This document shows, piece by piece, positions 9,847 to 19,074 of a stretch of 64,000 bases of DNA; position 1 is the first letter of the stretch, and each line of letters starts with the position of its first letter. The notes below the pieces were generated by a model. It had not been told where the DNA came from. It did no database searches and was given only the letters and a program-made list of their open reading frames with translations. Source of the DNA: Chloroflexota bacterium (GTDB lineage Bacteria > Chloroflexota > UBA11872 > VXOZ01). Where the stretch lies: positions 352,001 to 416,000 of the forward strand of contig CAXXVD010000001.1 of assembly GCA_963662335.2 (NCBI GenBank), given 5' to 3'. Made by a program: the position numbers and the translations under genes.

Positions 9847-11046
9847 TCACGTCAACGCCCGCCGTTCGCGCTGGCGGCGGGTTTCCGGCACGAACCAGGC
9901 CAAGTTGCCGGCCGCCAGCGCGCCGACGCCCGCCAGCACGACGGCGGCGAGGCCGAGTCCCGTGATGTCCGCCACCGCCCCGACCACCAGCGGGCCGCCG
10001 GTATTGCCGCCGTCGCCGATCAGCCGCCACAGGCCGAGGAACTCGCCCATCGCGTCTCGGGGCGCCAGATCGCTGCCCAGGGTCATCATGGTGCCGGAGC
10101 CGATCCCGTTGCCCAGGCCCATGATTGCCGCCGCCGCCATGAGCGAAATATAGCCGGCGGTCAACGGCACCATACCCATGCCGATGCCGAGGATGATCAT
10201 CGAGGGCACGGACGCCCACTTGCGCCCCATGCGGTCTTGCAGCAAGCCGGCGATGCCAAAGAGCGACATGTCGATGGCGGCGGAAACCGTGAGAATTACC
10301 CCTACCGCCGCCACGTCCAATCCCAATACGGTCGCGCCGTAGAGCGGCACGATGATTTCGCGTCCCGCGCGGATCATCTGCGCCAGCACTTGCGCGCTGC
10401 CGGCCGCCAGCAGGTCGCGGCGGTACGTGCCCACGATCTGCGCCATGGTGCGCCAGTGCGGACGGCGGTGGGCGGCCTGAGCGGGCGCGCGCGACTCCGG
10501 CACGTAGCGCAGCGTAATGAGAAAAGCCACACCGGCCAGCGCCGCCGCCAGCAGGAAGGGCGTCTGCAGTCCCAAGGTCGCGCCCACGAAGCCGCCGATG
10601 GCGGGACTGGCAAAGACGCCAATGCGGCTCACGCCGCCAAAGGCCGACAAGGCCCGCCCCCGCACCTCCAGCGGTACCGCGTCCGAAATATAGGCCATGC
10701 GCGAGAGCATCCACATGGCCGCGCCGCCGCCGGAGAGCAAGCGCAACAGCACCAACACCGGGAAGCTCTCGATGATGCCCATCAGCGTCAGGGAAACGCA
10801 GGCCACGCCCACGCCCAGCAGCATCACCTTGCGGCTCCCCAGGCGTTCCAGCATCACGCCGGAGGGGAGATCCATGGCCAGCGTGCCGATCCCGCGCGCG
10901 GCTACCGCCAGGCTCACCAGGCTGAACGAGACGCCGAAGGTGGTGGCATAGAGCGGCAGCGTGGGAATCAAGAGGCCCTGGGTAAACGCCAGCAGAAAGC
11001 TGGGCACGTAGACCGGCAGCATGAGCGCGAAGACGCGGCGGCTCAT
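9847..11046 (-). CDS. MFS transporter
   Basis: About 12 TM segments, GVMLERLGSRK and GLLQDRMGRK motif A. Confidence 0.92.
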   Translation of the reverse strand: MSRRVFALMLPVYVPSFLLAFTQGLLIPTLPLYATTFGVSFSLVSLAVAARGIGTLAMDLPSGVMLERLGSRKVMLLGVGVACVSLTLMGIIESFPVLVLLRLLSGGGAAMWMLSRMAYISDAVPLEVRGRALSAFGGVSRIGVFASPAIGGFVGATLGLQTPFLLAAALAGVAFLITLRYVPESRAPAQAAHRRPHWRTMAQIVGTYRRDLLAAGSAQVLAQMIRAGREIIVPLYGATVLGLDVAAVGVILTVSAAIDMSLFGIAGLLQDRMGRKWASVPSMIILGIGMGMVPLTAGYISLMAAAAIMGLGNGIGSGTMMTLGSDLAPRDAMGEFLGLWRLIGDGGNTGGPLVVGAVADITGLGLAAVVLAGVGALAAGNLAWFVPETRRQRERRALT

Positions 11047-11393
11047 GGGTTAAGCGGGCAGGCGGCTAGAACGGCAGTAAGCCGGACTCGATCGCACGAA
11101 AGAAAGGGAACGGGGCAGGGCCGTCCGCCGCGCGGCGGATACGCCACGCGGCGCGCACGACAGGCGCGCGGTCAAAGAATCTACGGCAAAGAAACTCACC
11201 ATCTGGCATCAGGAGAACAAGCGCTCGCGTTCCAACCGGCATGGACGCGCGCGACGCGCGCCGCATCCTACTATAGCACATGCGGTTAGGCGGTAACGCG
11301 CTCTCGCCGTCCGGCATTCTCCCACCTTGGCCCCCGCTCCCAGGACAGCGAAGCAGGCGCACGCGGGCGGCGCGCCGCCGTTCCTTTAACGGC

Positions 11394-11422
11394 TTGCATA
11401 GCTGCCAAAATTCCAGTATACT
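11394..11422 (+). promoter_or_regulatory. Sigma70-type promoter for the zinc-ribbon gene
   Basis: TTGCAT-17-TATACT. Confidence 0.6.
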
Positions 11423-11565
11423 TGGGCAATCGTCTCACATTGGGCGCGGCGCGCTTGCGCGAGGGAACGCGCGAGCGGCGTGCCGTCACTCGCGGTTTCC
11501 GGGTAGCGCGCGCCGCCCGGCGCCAAGCGTGGAGCGGTGAGACCCAGCGCAAGGAGAGTTTCCCA

Positions 11566-11844
11566 GTGTCACCTGAGGATCGTACGATAATCTGCCAGGA
11601 GTGCAGCCAACCGTTCGCCTTCACGAGCGGCGAGCAGACGTTCTATCAGGAGAAGGGCCTCATGCACGAGCCGCGCCGCTGTCCGGAGTGCCGCACCGCG
11701 CGCCGGCGTGAGCGCTACGGCGAACGGGAGATGCACGAAGGCGTCTGCGCGGACTGCGGCAGTGTGGCGCGCGTGCCCTTCGTGCCGCGCGACGACCGTC
11801 CCATCTACTGCAGCGACTGCTTCACCAAGCGCCGTGAAGGTTAG
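11566..11844 (+). CDS. Zinc-ribbon / CxxC-x17-CxxC domain protein
   Basis: GTG after AAGGAG; CQEC..F.FT.GEQ.FY..KG...P.RCPEC plus CADC..VPF.P...RPIYCSDC. Confidence 0.9.
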   Translation: MSPEDRTIICQECSQPFAFTSGEQTFYQEKGLMHEPRRCPECRTARRRERYGEREMHEGVCADCGSVARVPFVPRDDRPIYCSDCFTKRREG

Positions 11845-11861
11845 TCCCCCACAGCCGCTAG

Positions 11862-11918
11862 TTGACAAGGTCTATCCCGTTTGGTAGGCTTGACTATGGA
11901 AGGCAGGCCTTTTATAAT
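11862..11918 (+). promoter_or_regulatory. Two tandem sigma70-type promoters upstream of rho
   Basis: TTGACA-17-TAGGCT (11862-11890) and TTGACT-17-TATAAT (11890-11918). Confidence 0.75.
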
Positions 11919-12369
11919 CCTCTCATCCGCCGGGACTACCGTCCGTTGGCATAGCTTCGTGAAGATAGCCGCTACGGCAACGCCGTTCTTTCCACAAGCC
12001 GCAGCCACGTACCCGTTACCGAATTAGCGACGCTCAGGCACTATTCCCAGACCGGATACGCTCTGCAACACTCAAGTTGTTCCTACACGCAGGTAATGGC
12101 GTAACGCACGTAAACAAGACGCCGCAGGGTTCGCTGAACCGGAGGCGCCGCCCGCGCTTCATTCGCTCGCCCACCCCGCCGTGCCTTGCGCCATCCTGAA
12201 TCGTCGTACCGCTCACGCTAAGGAGGGCGTTCTGTCAGCAGTACTACCCTATCGTAAACGTGGCCGACACAAGCCGCATCGCCGCCGCAACCGTTCTTCC
12301 AAAACGTGGATGCAACGAAACGAAACCCACCACACATCCCAGCCACGCGAGAAAAGGAGTGATCCCGGA

Positions 12370-13626
12370 GTGCAATACGCAGATCTAGACGCAAAGCCTC
12401 TGGCCGAATTGCGAGAACGCGCACGAGAACTGGGCATCAGCGGGTACTCAGTCCTCAAGAAGCATGAACTCGTCAACCGGCTATTGCAGGCACAATCCGA
12501 AGAACAGGGCAACCTCTACCGCACCGGGCTCCTCGAGACCATCGACGACGGCTACGGCTTCCTGCGCCTCCACCGCTACTGGCACACCGGCTGGCCGGAA
12601 GACGTCTACGTCGCGCCCACGCAGATTCGCCGCCTGAGCCTGCGCACCGGCGACATGATCGCCGGCCAGGTGCGTCCGCCCAAAGAGGGCGAGAAGTACT
12701 ACGGCCTGCTGCGGGTGGAAACCGTCAACGACCTCGATCCGGAAGAGGCCAAGCGCCGCCCCTACTTCGAGTCGTTCAGCGCGGTCTTCCCGGACGAACG
12801 CCTGAATCTGGAAACGGCCTCCGCCGGCGTTACCGGGCGCCTCATCAACCTCGTCTCGCCCATCGGCCGCGGCCAGCGCGGCCTGGTGGTCGCCCCGCCC
12901 AAGACCGGCAAGACCATGCTCATGCAGAGCATCGCCAACGCCGTCATGAGCAACTATCCCGAGGTGCACGTGATGGTGGTGCTCATCGGCGAACGGCCCG
13001 AGGAAGTGACGGACTGGGAACGCACCGTCGGGGCCGAGGTCGTGGCGTCCACGTTCGACGAGATGCCGGAAAACCAGACGCGCATCGCCGAACTGGCCCT
13101 GGAGCGCGCCAAGCGCATGGTGGAAGGCGGGCAGGACGTGATGGTGCTGCTCGACTCGATTACCCGCCTCACCCGCGCCTACAACCAGGCCATCCCACCC
13201 AGCGGGCGCACGCTCTCCGGCGGTATCGACCCGGCCGCCATCTACCCGCCCAAACGCTTCTTCGGCGCGGGCCGCAACGTGGACAACGGCGGCAGCCTGA
13301 CCATGATCGCCACCTGCCTAGTGGAGACGGAAAGCCGCATGGACGACGTCATCTACGAGGAGTTCAAGGGCACCGGCAACATGGAACTGCGGCTCGACCG
13401 CAAGTTTTCCGAGCGCCGGGTCTTCCCGGCAATCGACGTGGGCCGCTCCGGCACCCGGCGCGAAGAACTGCTGCTGGAATCGGTTACGTTGCAAAAGGTG
13501 GTCACCCTGCGCCGCATGTTGGCCGCCCTCGGCAACACCGAAGGCTACGAGGCGATGCTCAACCGGCTGGAACGCACCAAGTCGAACGCCGACTTCCTGG
13601 CGCGGCTGAGCAAGGATGCGGTCTAG
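12370..13626 (+). CDS. rho: Transcription termination factor Rho
   Basis: [36 protein letters not shown]; GTG 12370 after AAGGAG; upstream starts possible. Confidence 0.97.
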   Translation: MQYADLDAKPLAELRERARELGISGYSVLKKHELVNRLLQAQSEEQGNLYRTGLLETIDDGYGFLRLHRYWHTGWPEDVYVAPTQIRRLSLRTGDMIAGQVRPPKEGEKYYGLLRVETVNDLDPEEAKRRPYFESFSAVFPDERLNLETASAGVTGRLINLVSPIGRGQRGLVVAPPKTGKTMLMQSIANAVMSNYPEVHVMVVLIGERPEEVTDWERTVGAEVVASTFDEMPENQTRIAELALERAKRMVEGGQDVMVLLDSITRLTRAYNQAIPPSGRTLSGGIDPAAIYPPKRFFGAGRNVDNGGSLTMIATCLVETESRMDDVIYEEFKGTGNMELRLDRKFSERRVFPAIDVGRSGTRREELLLESVTLQKVVTLRRMLAALGNTEGYEAMLNRLERTKSNADFLARLSKDAV

Positions 13627-13779
13627 GCACGGCCCAAAAAGAAGACCACGTTCACCCGGCGCAGCGGAGACGCAGCGCGCTTGCGGCTCAGATAAGGCGC
13701 GCCCCGGGCGCGGCGTCTGAGAACGCAACAGACGCGGGCGCAACAGAAGAGACTCCCTCTCCCTGGGGAGAGGGCCGGG

Positions 13780-15018
13780 GTGAGGGGAACATCGGTGCCC
13801 AACCGGCCCAATGCCAATCATTCAGCGGAACTATGCAGAGTCCGCGCGCGGCGCACGCCGCCGCCCGCCTCTCCACTCAATTGGGCGCGGACAATCCTCT
13901 GGTTGCTCCTCTTCCTGCCGGCCTGCGCTCTCGCCGAGCCGCCGCGCCGCGCGCTGGAACTCGACGTCCACCCGGCAATCCTGCACGCGGACGGCGCCGG
14001 CGCGGTCACCATCCGCTACCACGTCACCCAAGAGTCTGTGGTTTCGCTTGCGCTGCACGCAGCCGACGGCGCAGCGTTCGTCTTGCGGGACCGCGTGCCC
14101 CGCGGTCCGGGAACATACTCCTTCAGCTTTAGGGGAGCGCTCGGAGGCCGCGTCCTGCCCAACGGCGCGTATACGCTCGTCGCCACGGCGCGGAAACCGT
14201 ATTCCGGCGAGCATACGGAGCGCCGCCAGCCGCTCACCATCGCCAACGCCGATACCCGGCCCCCTGTCCTGGAAGATCTCCACGTCACGCCGGCCGTGCT
14301 CACGCCCAACCAGGACGGCGTGGACGACCGGCTGGAGGTCAGGTTCACGGTAGCTGAGCCTGTGACCGTGGACGTGCGCCTCCTTGCCGGTAATGAGGCG
14401 CGGTGGCTGCTGCGCGACGCCGCCGCCGATTCCGGCGTGGTTCTGCTATCCTGGCCGCCGCCGCTGCGCCACGCGCCGCAACTCAATCGAGCGGTGGAGC
14501 GACTGCCGGCCGGCCCGGCGCAGGTGGAAGTCACGGTCCAGGACCGCGCGGGCAATCGCTCCGTGCAGCGTCAGCGCATTGCGCTCGGTGAGAGCGGAAC
14601 GCCCCGGGCGCACGTGACCGACGTGAAGATCACACCCGCAGCCGCGCGGGACGGCGGGACGGTGACAATCACAGCCACGATCACCAATACCGGCGCGATC
14701 ACCTTGCGCGCGGCGCCGGTGGGCCCTGCTGCCTATGCCTGGCGCGAGAGCGCCCACACCCTGGGGTATGCCGCCCCGGGAACCGTGCGCTGGGGCGTGG
14801 ACTTCTCACTCAACCGCAGCGGTGTCGCCTATCCGTTTCGGTGGAGTCTGGGCCGCGACCTGCCGCCGGGTGAAAGTATCGTCGTGAGCGGCGGCATTAT
14901 GCTCAGCAAAGACTTCCCCCGGGAACCGGTCCAACTCTGGGTGGGCGTCATTCACGAGCACAACCGTATGCTCGCCGACAAGCGCGGCGTCACCCGCGTG
15001 CAACGCGCCCGCCCGTAG
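13780..15018 (+). CDS. Exported Ig-like (FlgD-like) domain protein
   Basis: Hydrophobic signal ending LPAC, LPNGAYTL, TPNQDGVDD, V...DRAGN motifs; start uncertain. Confidence 0.6.
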   Translation: MRGTSVPNRPNANHSAELCRVRARRTPPPASPLNWARTILWLLLFLPACALAEPPRRALELDVHPAILHADGAGAVTIRYHVTQESVVSLALHAADGAAFVLRDRVPRGPGTYSFSFRGALGGRVLPNGAYTLVATARKPYSGEHTERRQPLTIANADTRPPVLEDLHVTPAVLTPNQDGVDDRLEVRFTVAEPVTVDVRLLAGNEARWLLRDAAADSGVVLLSWPPPLRHAPQLNRAVERLPAGPAQVEVTVQDRAGNRSVQRQRIALGESGTPRAHVTDVKITPAAARDGGTVTITATITNTGAITLRAAPVGPAAYAWRESAHTLGYAAPGTVRWGVDFSLNRSGVAYPFRWSLGRDLPPGESIVVSGGIMLSKDFPREPVQLWVGVIHEHNRMLADKRGVTRVQRARP

Positions 15019-15199
15019 CGCGGGGGCTCGTCCCCCGCCACCATAGCCCACACCGTAGCACGGGGGCTTGTCCCCCGCTACCATAGCCCACACCGTAGCG
15101 CGGGGGCTCGTCCCCCGCTACCATAGCCCACACCGTAGCACGGGGGCTTGTCCCCCGCTCAATACCCTACACCCGTAACGCGGGGGCTTGTCCCCCGCC
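15015..15199 (+). repeat. Tandem array of five GTAG REP hairpins, 40-bp period
   Basis: GTAGCRCGGGGGCTYGTCCCCCGC plus near-identical linker ACCATAGCCCACACC at 15015, 15055, 15095, 15135, 15175. Confidence 0.92.
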
Positions 15200-15237
15200 G
15201 TGAACGACAATTGCCCCGCTCATCCGTCGAAACACCA

Positions 15238-16236
15238 ATGTCCGTAGACTGCGCCTTCTACCAACGCATCATAGAGACGTGCTTTCCCGACCTCACGGTA
15301 GCGCACATCCGGTTCGTGGGCGGCGGCACCTGCCGGGTCTTTGCCGTGAACCGAACGCTCATCTTCCGTTTTCCCCACGGCGGCGGCTCAATCGCAAGTG
15401 ACGAGCGCCAAGCGGATGGCGGCCCCGCTGCGGACGACGGCGCGTTTCTCCATCACGAGAAGCGCGTCTACGACAGCGTAGCGCCGCTGCTCCCGCTGCC
15501 GGCGCCGCGTTTCCGCTACTTCAGTGAGGGCTGCGCCCAGTTTCCCTATCCGGTGGCCGGCTACGAGCGGCTGCCCGGCCGCAGCCTCTCCGCGTGCGCG
15601 CTCGCACCGCGCGCCCTGCAAAGCGCGGCCGCGCAAATCGGCGACTTCCTTTCGGCCCTTCACGCCATACCGCTCGGCGCGCTGCCCGCCGCGCTCCGGC
15701 CTCCGCCGCCGGCGGCCGCTGGCCGTTCCAACGCGCGCAGCCTGTTCCGGCAGGTAAAGGCCGAAGCGTTCCCGCTGCTGAGTCCGGCGGAGCAGGCCTG
15801 GACGCGGTGCCTCTTCCAGGAAATAACCGAAGATCACACCCTCTGGGAACTCACCCCCGTCTTCACCCACGGCGACTTCGACGGCTCGAACATCCTCTAT
15901 GACGAGGCCCGCGGCGCGGTCAGCGGCGTCATCGACTTCGAGGAAGCCGGCCAGAGCGGCGATCCGGCGGTAGACTTCTGCGCGCTGCTGGCGGGGTTTG
16001 GCCGGACGTTCGTGGAAGCCGCGCTCGCCGCCTACACCCGCGACGTTTCCGCCGCCATGCGCCGCCGCATCGACCTCTGCGCCAAGCGCATCCTCTTCAT
16101 CGAGTTGCTCTACGGCATTCAGGTCAACGACCGCCGCTTCATCGACAACGGGCTCCGCCGCCTCCACCGCGCGCGGCACAATCTCGACCCCATCGGCGAC
16201 TGGCTGGACGTCTCTACCAGCGAGACCAGAGCATAG
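15238..16236 (+). CDS. Aminoglycoside phosphotransferase/kinase-like family protein
   Basis: IFRFP, HGDFDGSNIL (Brenner motif), GVIDFEEA..GDPAVDF. Confidence 0.85.
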   Translation: MSVDCAFYQRIIETCFPDLTVAHIRFVGGGTCRVFAVNRTLIFRFPHGGGSIASDERQADGGPAADDGAFLHHEKRVYDSVAPLLPLPAPRFRYFSEGCAQFPYPVAGYERLPGRSLSACALAPRALQSAAAQIGDFLSALHAIPLGALPAALRPPPPAAAGRSNARSLFRQVKAEAFPLLSPAEQAWTRCLFQEITEDHTLWELTPVFTHGDFDGSNILYDEARGAVSGVIDFEEAGQSGDPAVDFCALLAGFGRTFVEAALAAYTRDVSAAMRRRIDLCAKRILFIELLYGIQVNDRRFIDNGLRRLHRARHNLDPIGDWLDVSTSETRA

Positions 16237-16395
16237 GGCACGTTGCGCAACGGGCTAATATTGCCGTCTCAGTGTCGCTCTGCGGCCCTTTGCAAGAACT
16301 AAGTAGGCCATTGCGAGAGCTAAGAAGCCTCTTGCAAGACTCCTTTCCCCATTGAGGCGCCCTTTGCAAAACCCTCTTCCCCCACGTTGAACGAC

Positions 16396-16890
16396 CTATC
16401 TGCGCCAATTTCTCCTCTTACGCGCAGATCTCTCATACATCTCGTCCACCAGCAAATCGCCACCCCGCGCCGCCGCGGCCGCCAGCCTATCGCAGCGCTC
16501 ATTCTCCGCAATGCCCACGTGGGCGGGCACCCACTTGAACGTCACCTGCTGCGCGGCGGCCAGTTCCAGCAGACGCGCCCAGAGGTCGGGGTTGAGGGCT
16601 TTGCCGCCGCGCGGGCGCTGCCAGCCCCGCGCCTGCCAGGCTTGCGCCCAACCCTTGCTCATGGCGTTCACCAGGTACTCGGAGTCGCTGTAAAGGGTCA
16701 CCGCGCACGGTTCCGCAAGCTGCTCCAGCGCCCGGATGGCGGCCAGCACCTCCATCCGGTTGTTCGTGGTCTTGCGATACCCGGCCGAAATCTCCTTGCG
16801 ATGCCGCCCAAACAGAATCACGGCGCCGTACCCACCCGGTCCCGGGTTTCGGATGCACGCGCCGTCCGTGTAGATCGTGACAAGTTTCAT
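16396..16890 (-). CDS. rnhA: Ribonuclease HI
   Basis: YTDGAC..NPGPGG, TTNNRME, SDSEY, N.DLW, WV.AH, NERCD. Confidence 0.97.
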   Translation of the reverse strand: MKLVTIYTDGACIRNPGPGGYGAVILFGRHRKEISAGYRKTTNNRMEVLAAIRALEQLAEPCAVTLYSDSEYLVNAMSKGWAQAWQARGWQRPRGGKALNPDLWARLLELAAAQQVTFKWVPAHVGIAENERCDRLAAAAARGGDLLVDEMYERSARKRRNWRR

Positions 16891-17055
16891 GGGAACGATG
16901 CAGTCCTCCGCGGGCACGGCAAGCCGCCGCACACTACCGGCGCGCGCGCCGGAGGCAAAACGAAAGGAGCGTTTCGCTCCCCGCGCCGCCAGGAAGAGCG
17001 AAATGCCCCTCTTCGTTCAATCTGAACCGTGTTGAGAGCCGGCACGGGCTCTCGC

Positions 17056-17364
17056 TTAGCCGCCGCCTCAGCCGGCGGTATCCACACCGCTTATCTTGAA
17101 GCCCCGGCGCGCGCCCTCGTTCACGAACTCCACCGCCGCGCCGTCCAGCGCCGCGAACGCCTGCGGGTCCATCACCACGCCGACACCGGCGGCATCCACC
17201 ACCTGGTCGTTCTCTTCCACTTCCTGGTCGAAGCCCATGCCGAAGTTCACCTTGCCGCACCCGCACTCGCTCTGCACGAAGATGCGCAGCTTGGCGTCGG
17301 CCAGGTCATTGGCCGCCATCAACCGCAGCAACTCCGCCGCCGCCGTATCCGAAACCGTGATCAC
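17056..17364 (-). CDS. IscA/HesB family Fe-S assembly protein, candidate C-terminal selenoprotein (ends at 17068 if UGA is a stop)
   Basis: ITVSD.AA, LRIFV..CGCG, F.MGFD, LDGA.VEF, GFKI; tail AG-UGA-GGG-UAA followed by a hairpin. Confidence 0.8.
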
Positions 17365-17566
17365 GCTATTGCTCTCTTTCTTCCAACCGTCCGCTCAATG
17401 CTGTAACCCACATTCCCGCATCGGCGCTATAGCACGGAACCCCGCCCCGGCGTCCGCAATGCCGTGAGGACCGAGTCTGTGTAGTCCACATCCGTTCAAC
17501 TGAAGGAGGGAAAACCTATCCTGGCTTCCTGGAGAAGCCCTATGGGAAGCCGCTTGTTGACTTCCG

Positions 17567-17731
17567 CTACCCCTCCCTGGATCGTTCGTCGAACCGGGCC
17601 TCAATCCGTGCAACCCGCCCTGACACGCCGGCGATCTCTCTTGTGAGGACGCGAATCGCATTCCACAGCAACGCTTGCGACGCAAGAAGCGCTGCCAGTA
17701 TCGCACCCATGACGATGAGTGTAGTATCCAC
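17567..17731 (-). CDS. 54-aa membrane-anchored protein (absent from the ORF track)
   Basis: GGGAGGA RBS then GTG; MDTTLIVMGAILAALLASQALLWNAIRVLTREIAGVSGRVARIEARFDERSREG; upstream TTGTCA-18-TATACT. Confidence 0.75.
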   Translation of the reverse strand: MDTTLIVMGAILAALLASQALLWNAIRVLTREIAGVSGRVARIEARFDERSREG

Positions 17732-17816
17732 GTTAGTCCTCCCTCACATGCTTTGCTGCCAGTATAGCTGACTTGCAATTCCCTTGACAACCAAGCGGCG
17801 TGTCAGAGAATGGCAA

Positions 17817-17931
17817 TTGCCACAGACAGTGGCGATATTCTCTCATACTCGTCCCGCCGAGGAGCGATAGTGACCGTATTGAGCAGCGACTCGCGTTCCC
17901 TCGCGGTTTGAGAGACTACTGTCTGTGGCAA
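17817..17931 (+). ncRNA. Candidate structured small RNA (or miniature inverted-repeat element)
   Basis: Perfect 14-bp terminal inverted repeat TTGCCACAGACAGT/ACTGTCTGTGGCAA plus inner TCTCTCA/TGAGAGA; TTGACA 33 nt upstream. Confidence 0.35.
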
Positions 17932-18134
17932 GGCATAGTTCACCTGTCACTCTGCAAGGGAGCGCCTTGAAATGCGACTCTTCTCAGCTTACTCAATAGG
18001 CTATTCTCCGCGCGGAAGCCACCAGCTGTCGTGAAGGAACCGCCGAAAGCGTGAAAAGAGCGCAGCCTTAACCTACGTTGGAGCAGCGCTCAGGACAGGC
18101 ACGTTCCGTGCCATCCTACGAGTCGTTGCTTCAT

Positions 18135-18509
18135 TGGTGGAGATGGGGGAGAGTCGAACTCCCCGTCCAGAGTTGTTCTTCCTGCAACCTCTACGAGCGT
18201 AGTCGGCTTTTGGGTTTCGCTTTACAGGGCACGAGCGGACGAAAAACCCTGCAAACTAGCCTCCATTTGTCTTTCGCAGTCTGCGAAGGCGGCGGACGTA
18301 ATCCGCGTGGACTGCGGCGCCCCGGCTGGTAGGTCGCCCGGGCCGCGCTCGCCGGAGAAAGCGCGGGCGGACGTCACGGCTTTAGTTAAGCCGCGAGAGC
18401 AAAATTGTGCTTGTTGGCACTTAAGAAAGTTGCCATCTGATTAACGAGGGTGATGGCGCCTCGGCTCGCAGTTCCAGGCCTCCCAACCCTGTCGAATCCA
18501 CTCATCCCC
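18135..18509 (-). ncRNA. ssrA: tmRNA
   Basis: 5' GGGGATGAGTGGATTCGAC; 3' T-arm GGTTCGAC-like and ...TCTCCACCA; tag ORF (A)ANKHNFALAA* at 18418-18386; extended -10 TGATATACT upstream. Confidence 0.97.
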
Positions 18510-18621
18510 AGGTACATTTCTAGTATATCATGCCAAGCGGCCGACACTAGCGCTAAAGATCAAATTGGAAACTACAGATCTGGCTTGACACGGAAACATT
18601 CATCTTGATTTGAGTCGGCAT

Positions 18622-19074
18622 CTACCGCGAAGGATCCTCACTCGCCAGCGTGATTTCGACTGCGCCTTCACCGCCGCGATACAGCATGTTGACGTTTGCC
18701 AGGAAGTCCCGCCCAAGCAAAACAGAATGCGAAAAGCCCCTCCGCTGCAACGGGAGACCCGCTAACTTGCCGCGCCTCGTTAGTCCTAGGGCTGACACGC
18801 GAATGTGCGCCAGGTAGAATGACGTGTCTCTTGCGCCATGGACGCCAACGATTGGAGAGACATCTACCCTTAGGAGGCCTAAACGAGCAGCGAGGTCGAG
18901 ATCAATGCAGCTTTGCCGGGTGCCCGAGTCGATTAGCGCCGGCAATTCTTCATCGGGCAATTCCGGCGCTCGCCCAAGCCTATAGTTGGCATCAAATCCG
19001 ACCTGAACCCACAACGTGGGACCATGCTGCTCAAGCAGGCTCTTGTTGGTAAAGCCCGCGTTAGTGGTCGGCAT
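18622..19074 (-). CDS. Retropepsin-like aspartic protease
   Basis: ALIDSGT catalytic motif and VLLGRDFL. Confidence 0.85.
   Translation of the reverse strand: MPTTNAGFTNKSLLEQHGPTLWVQVGFDANYRLGRAPELPDEELPALIDSGTRQSCIDLDLAARLGLLRVDVSPIVGVHGARDTSFYLAHIRVSALGLTRRGKLAGLPLQRRGFSHSVLLGRDFLANVNMLYRGGEGAVEITLASEDPSR

Noticed and set aside
15015-15199. CRISPR array
   Set aside because: The 16-nt spacers are nearly identical to each other, the repeat is a dispersed GTAG REP, and no cas genes are present
15238-16236. Bona fide aminoglycoside resistance gene
   Set aside because: Only family-level kinase motifs are visible; the substrate cannot be inferred
17892-17905. 14-nt perfect complementarity to the zinc-ribbon leader (11458-11471) as an sRNA-target pair
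   Set aside because: The match is real but GC-rich, partly self-palindromic and found post hoc; chance cannot be excluded without conservation data
17817-17931. SRP (4.5S) RNA or 6S RNA
   Set aside because: It lacks the SRP domain IV CAGG/GNRA/AGCA arrangement and is too short for 6S
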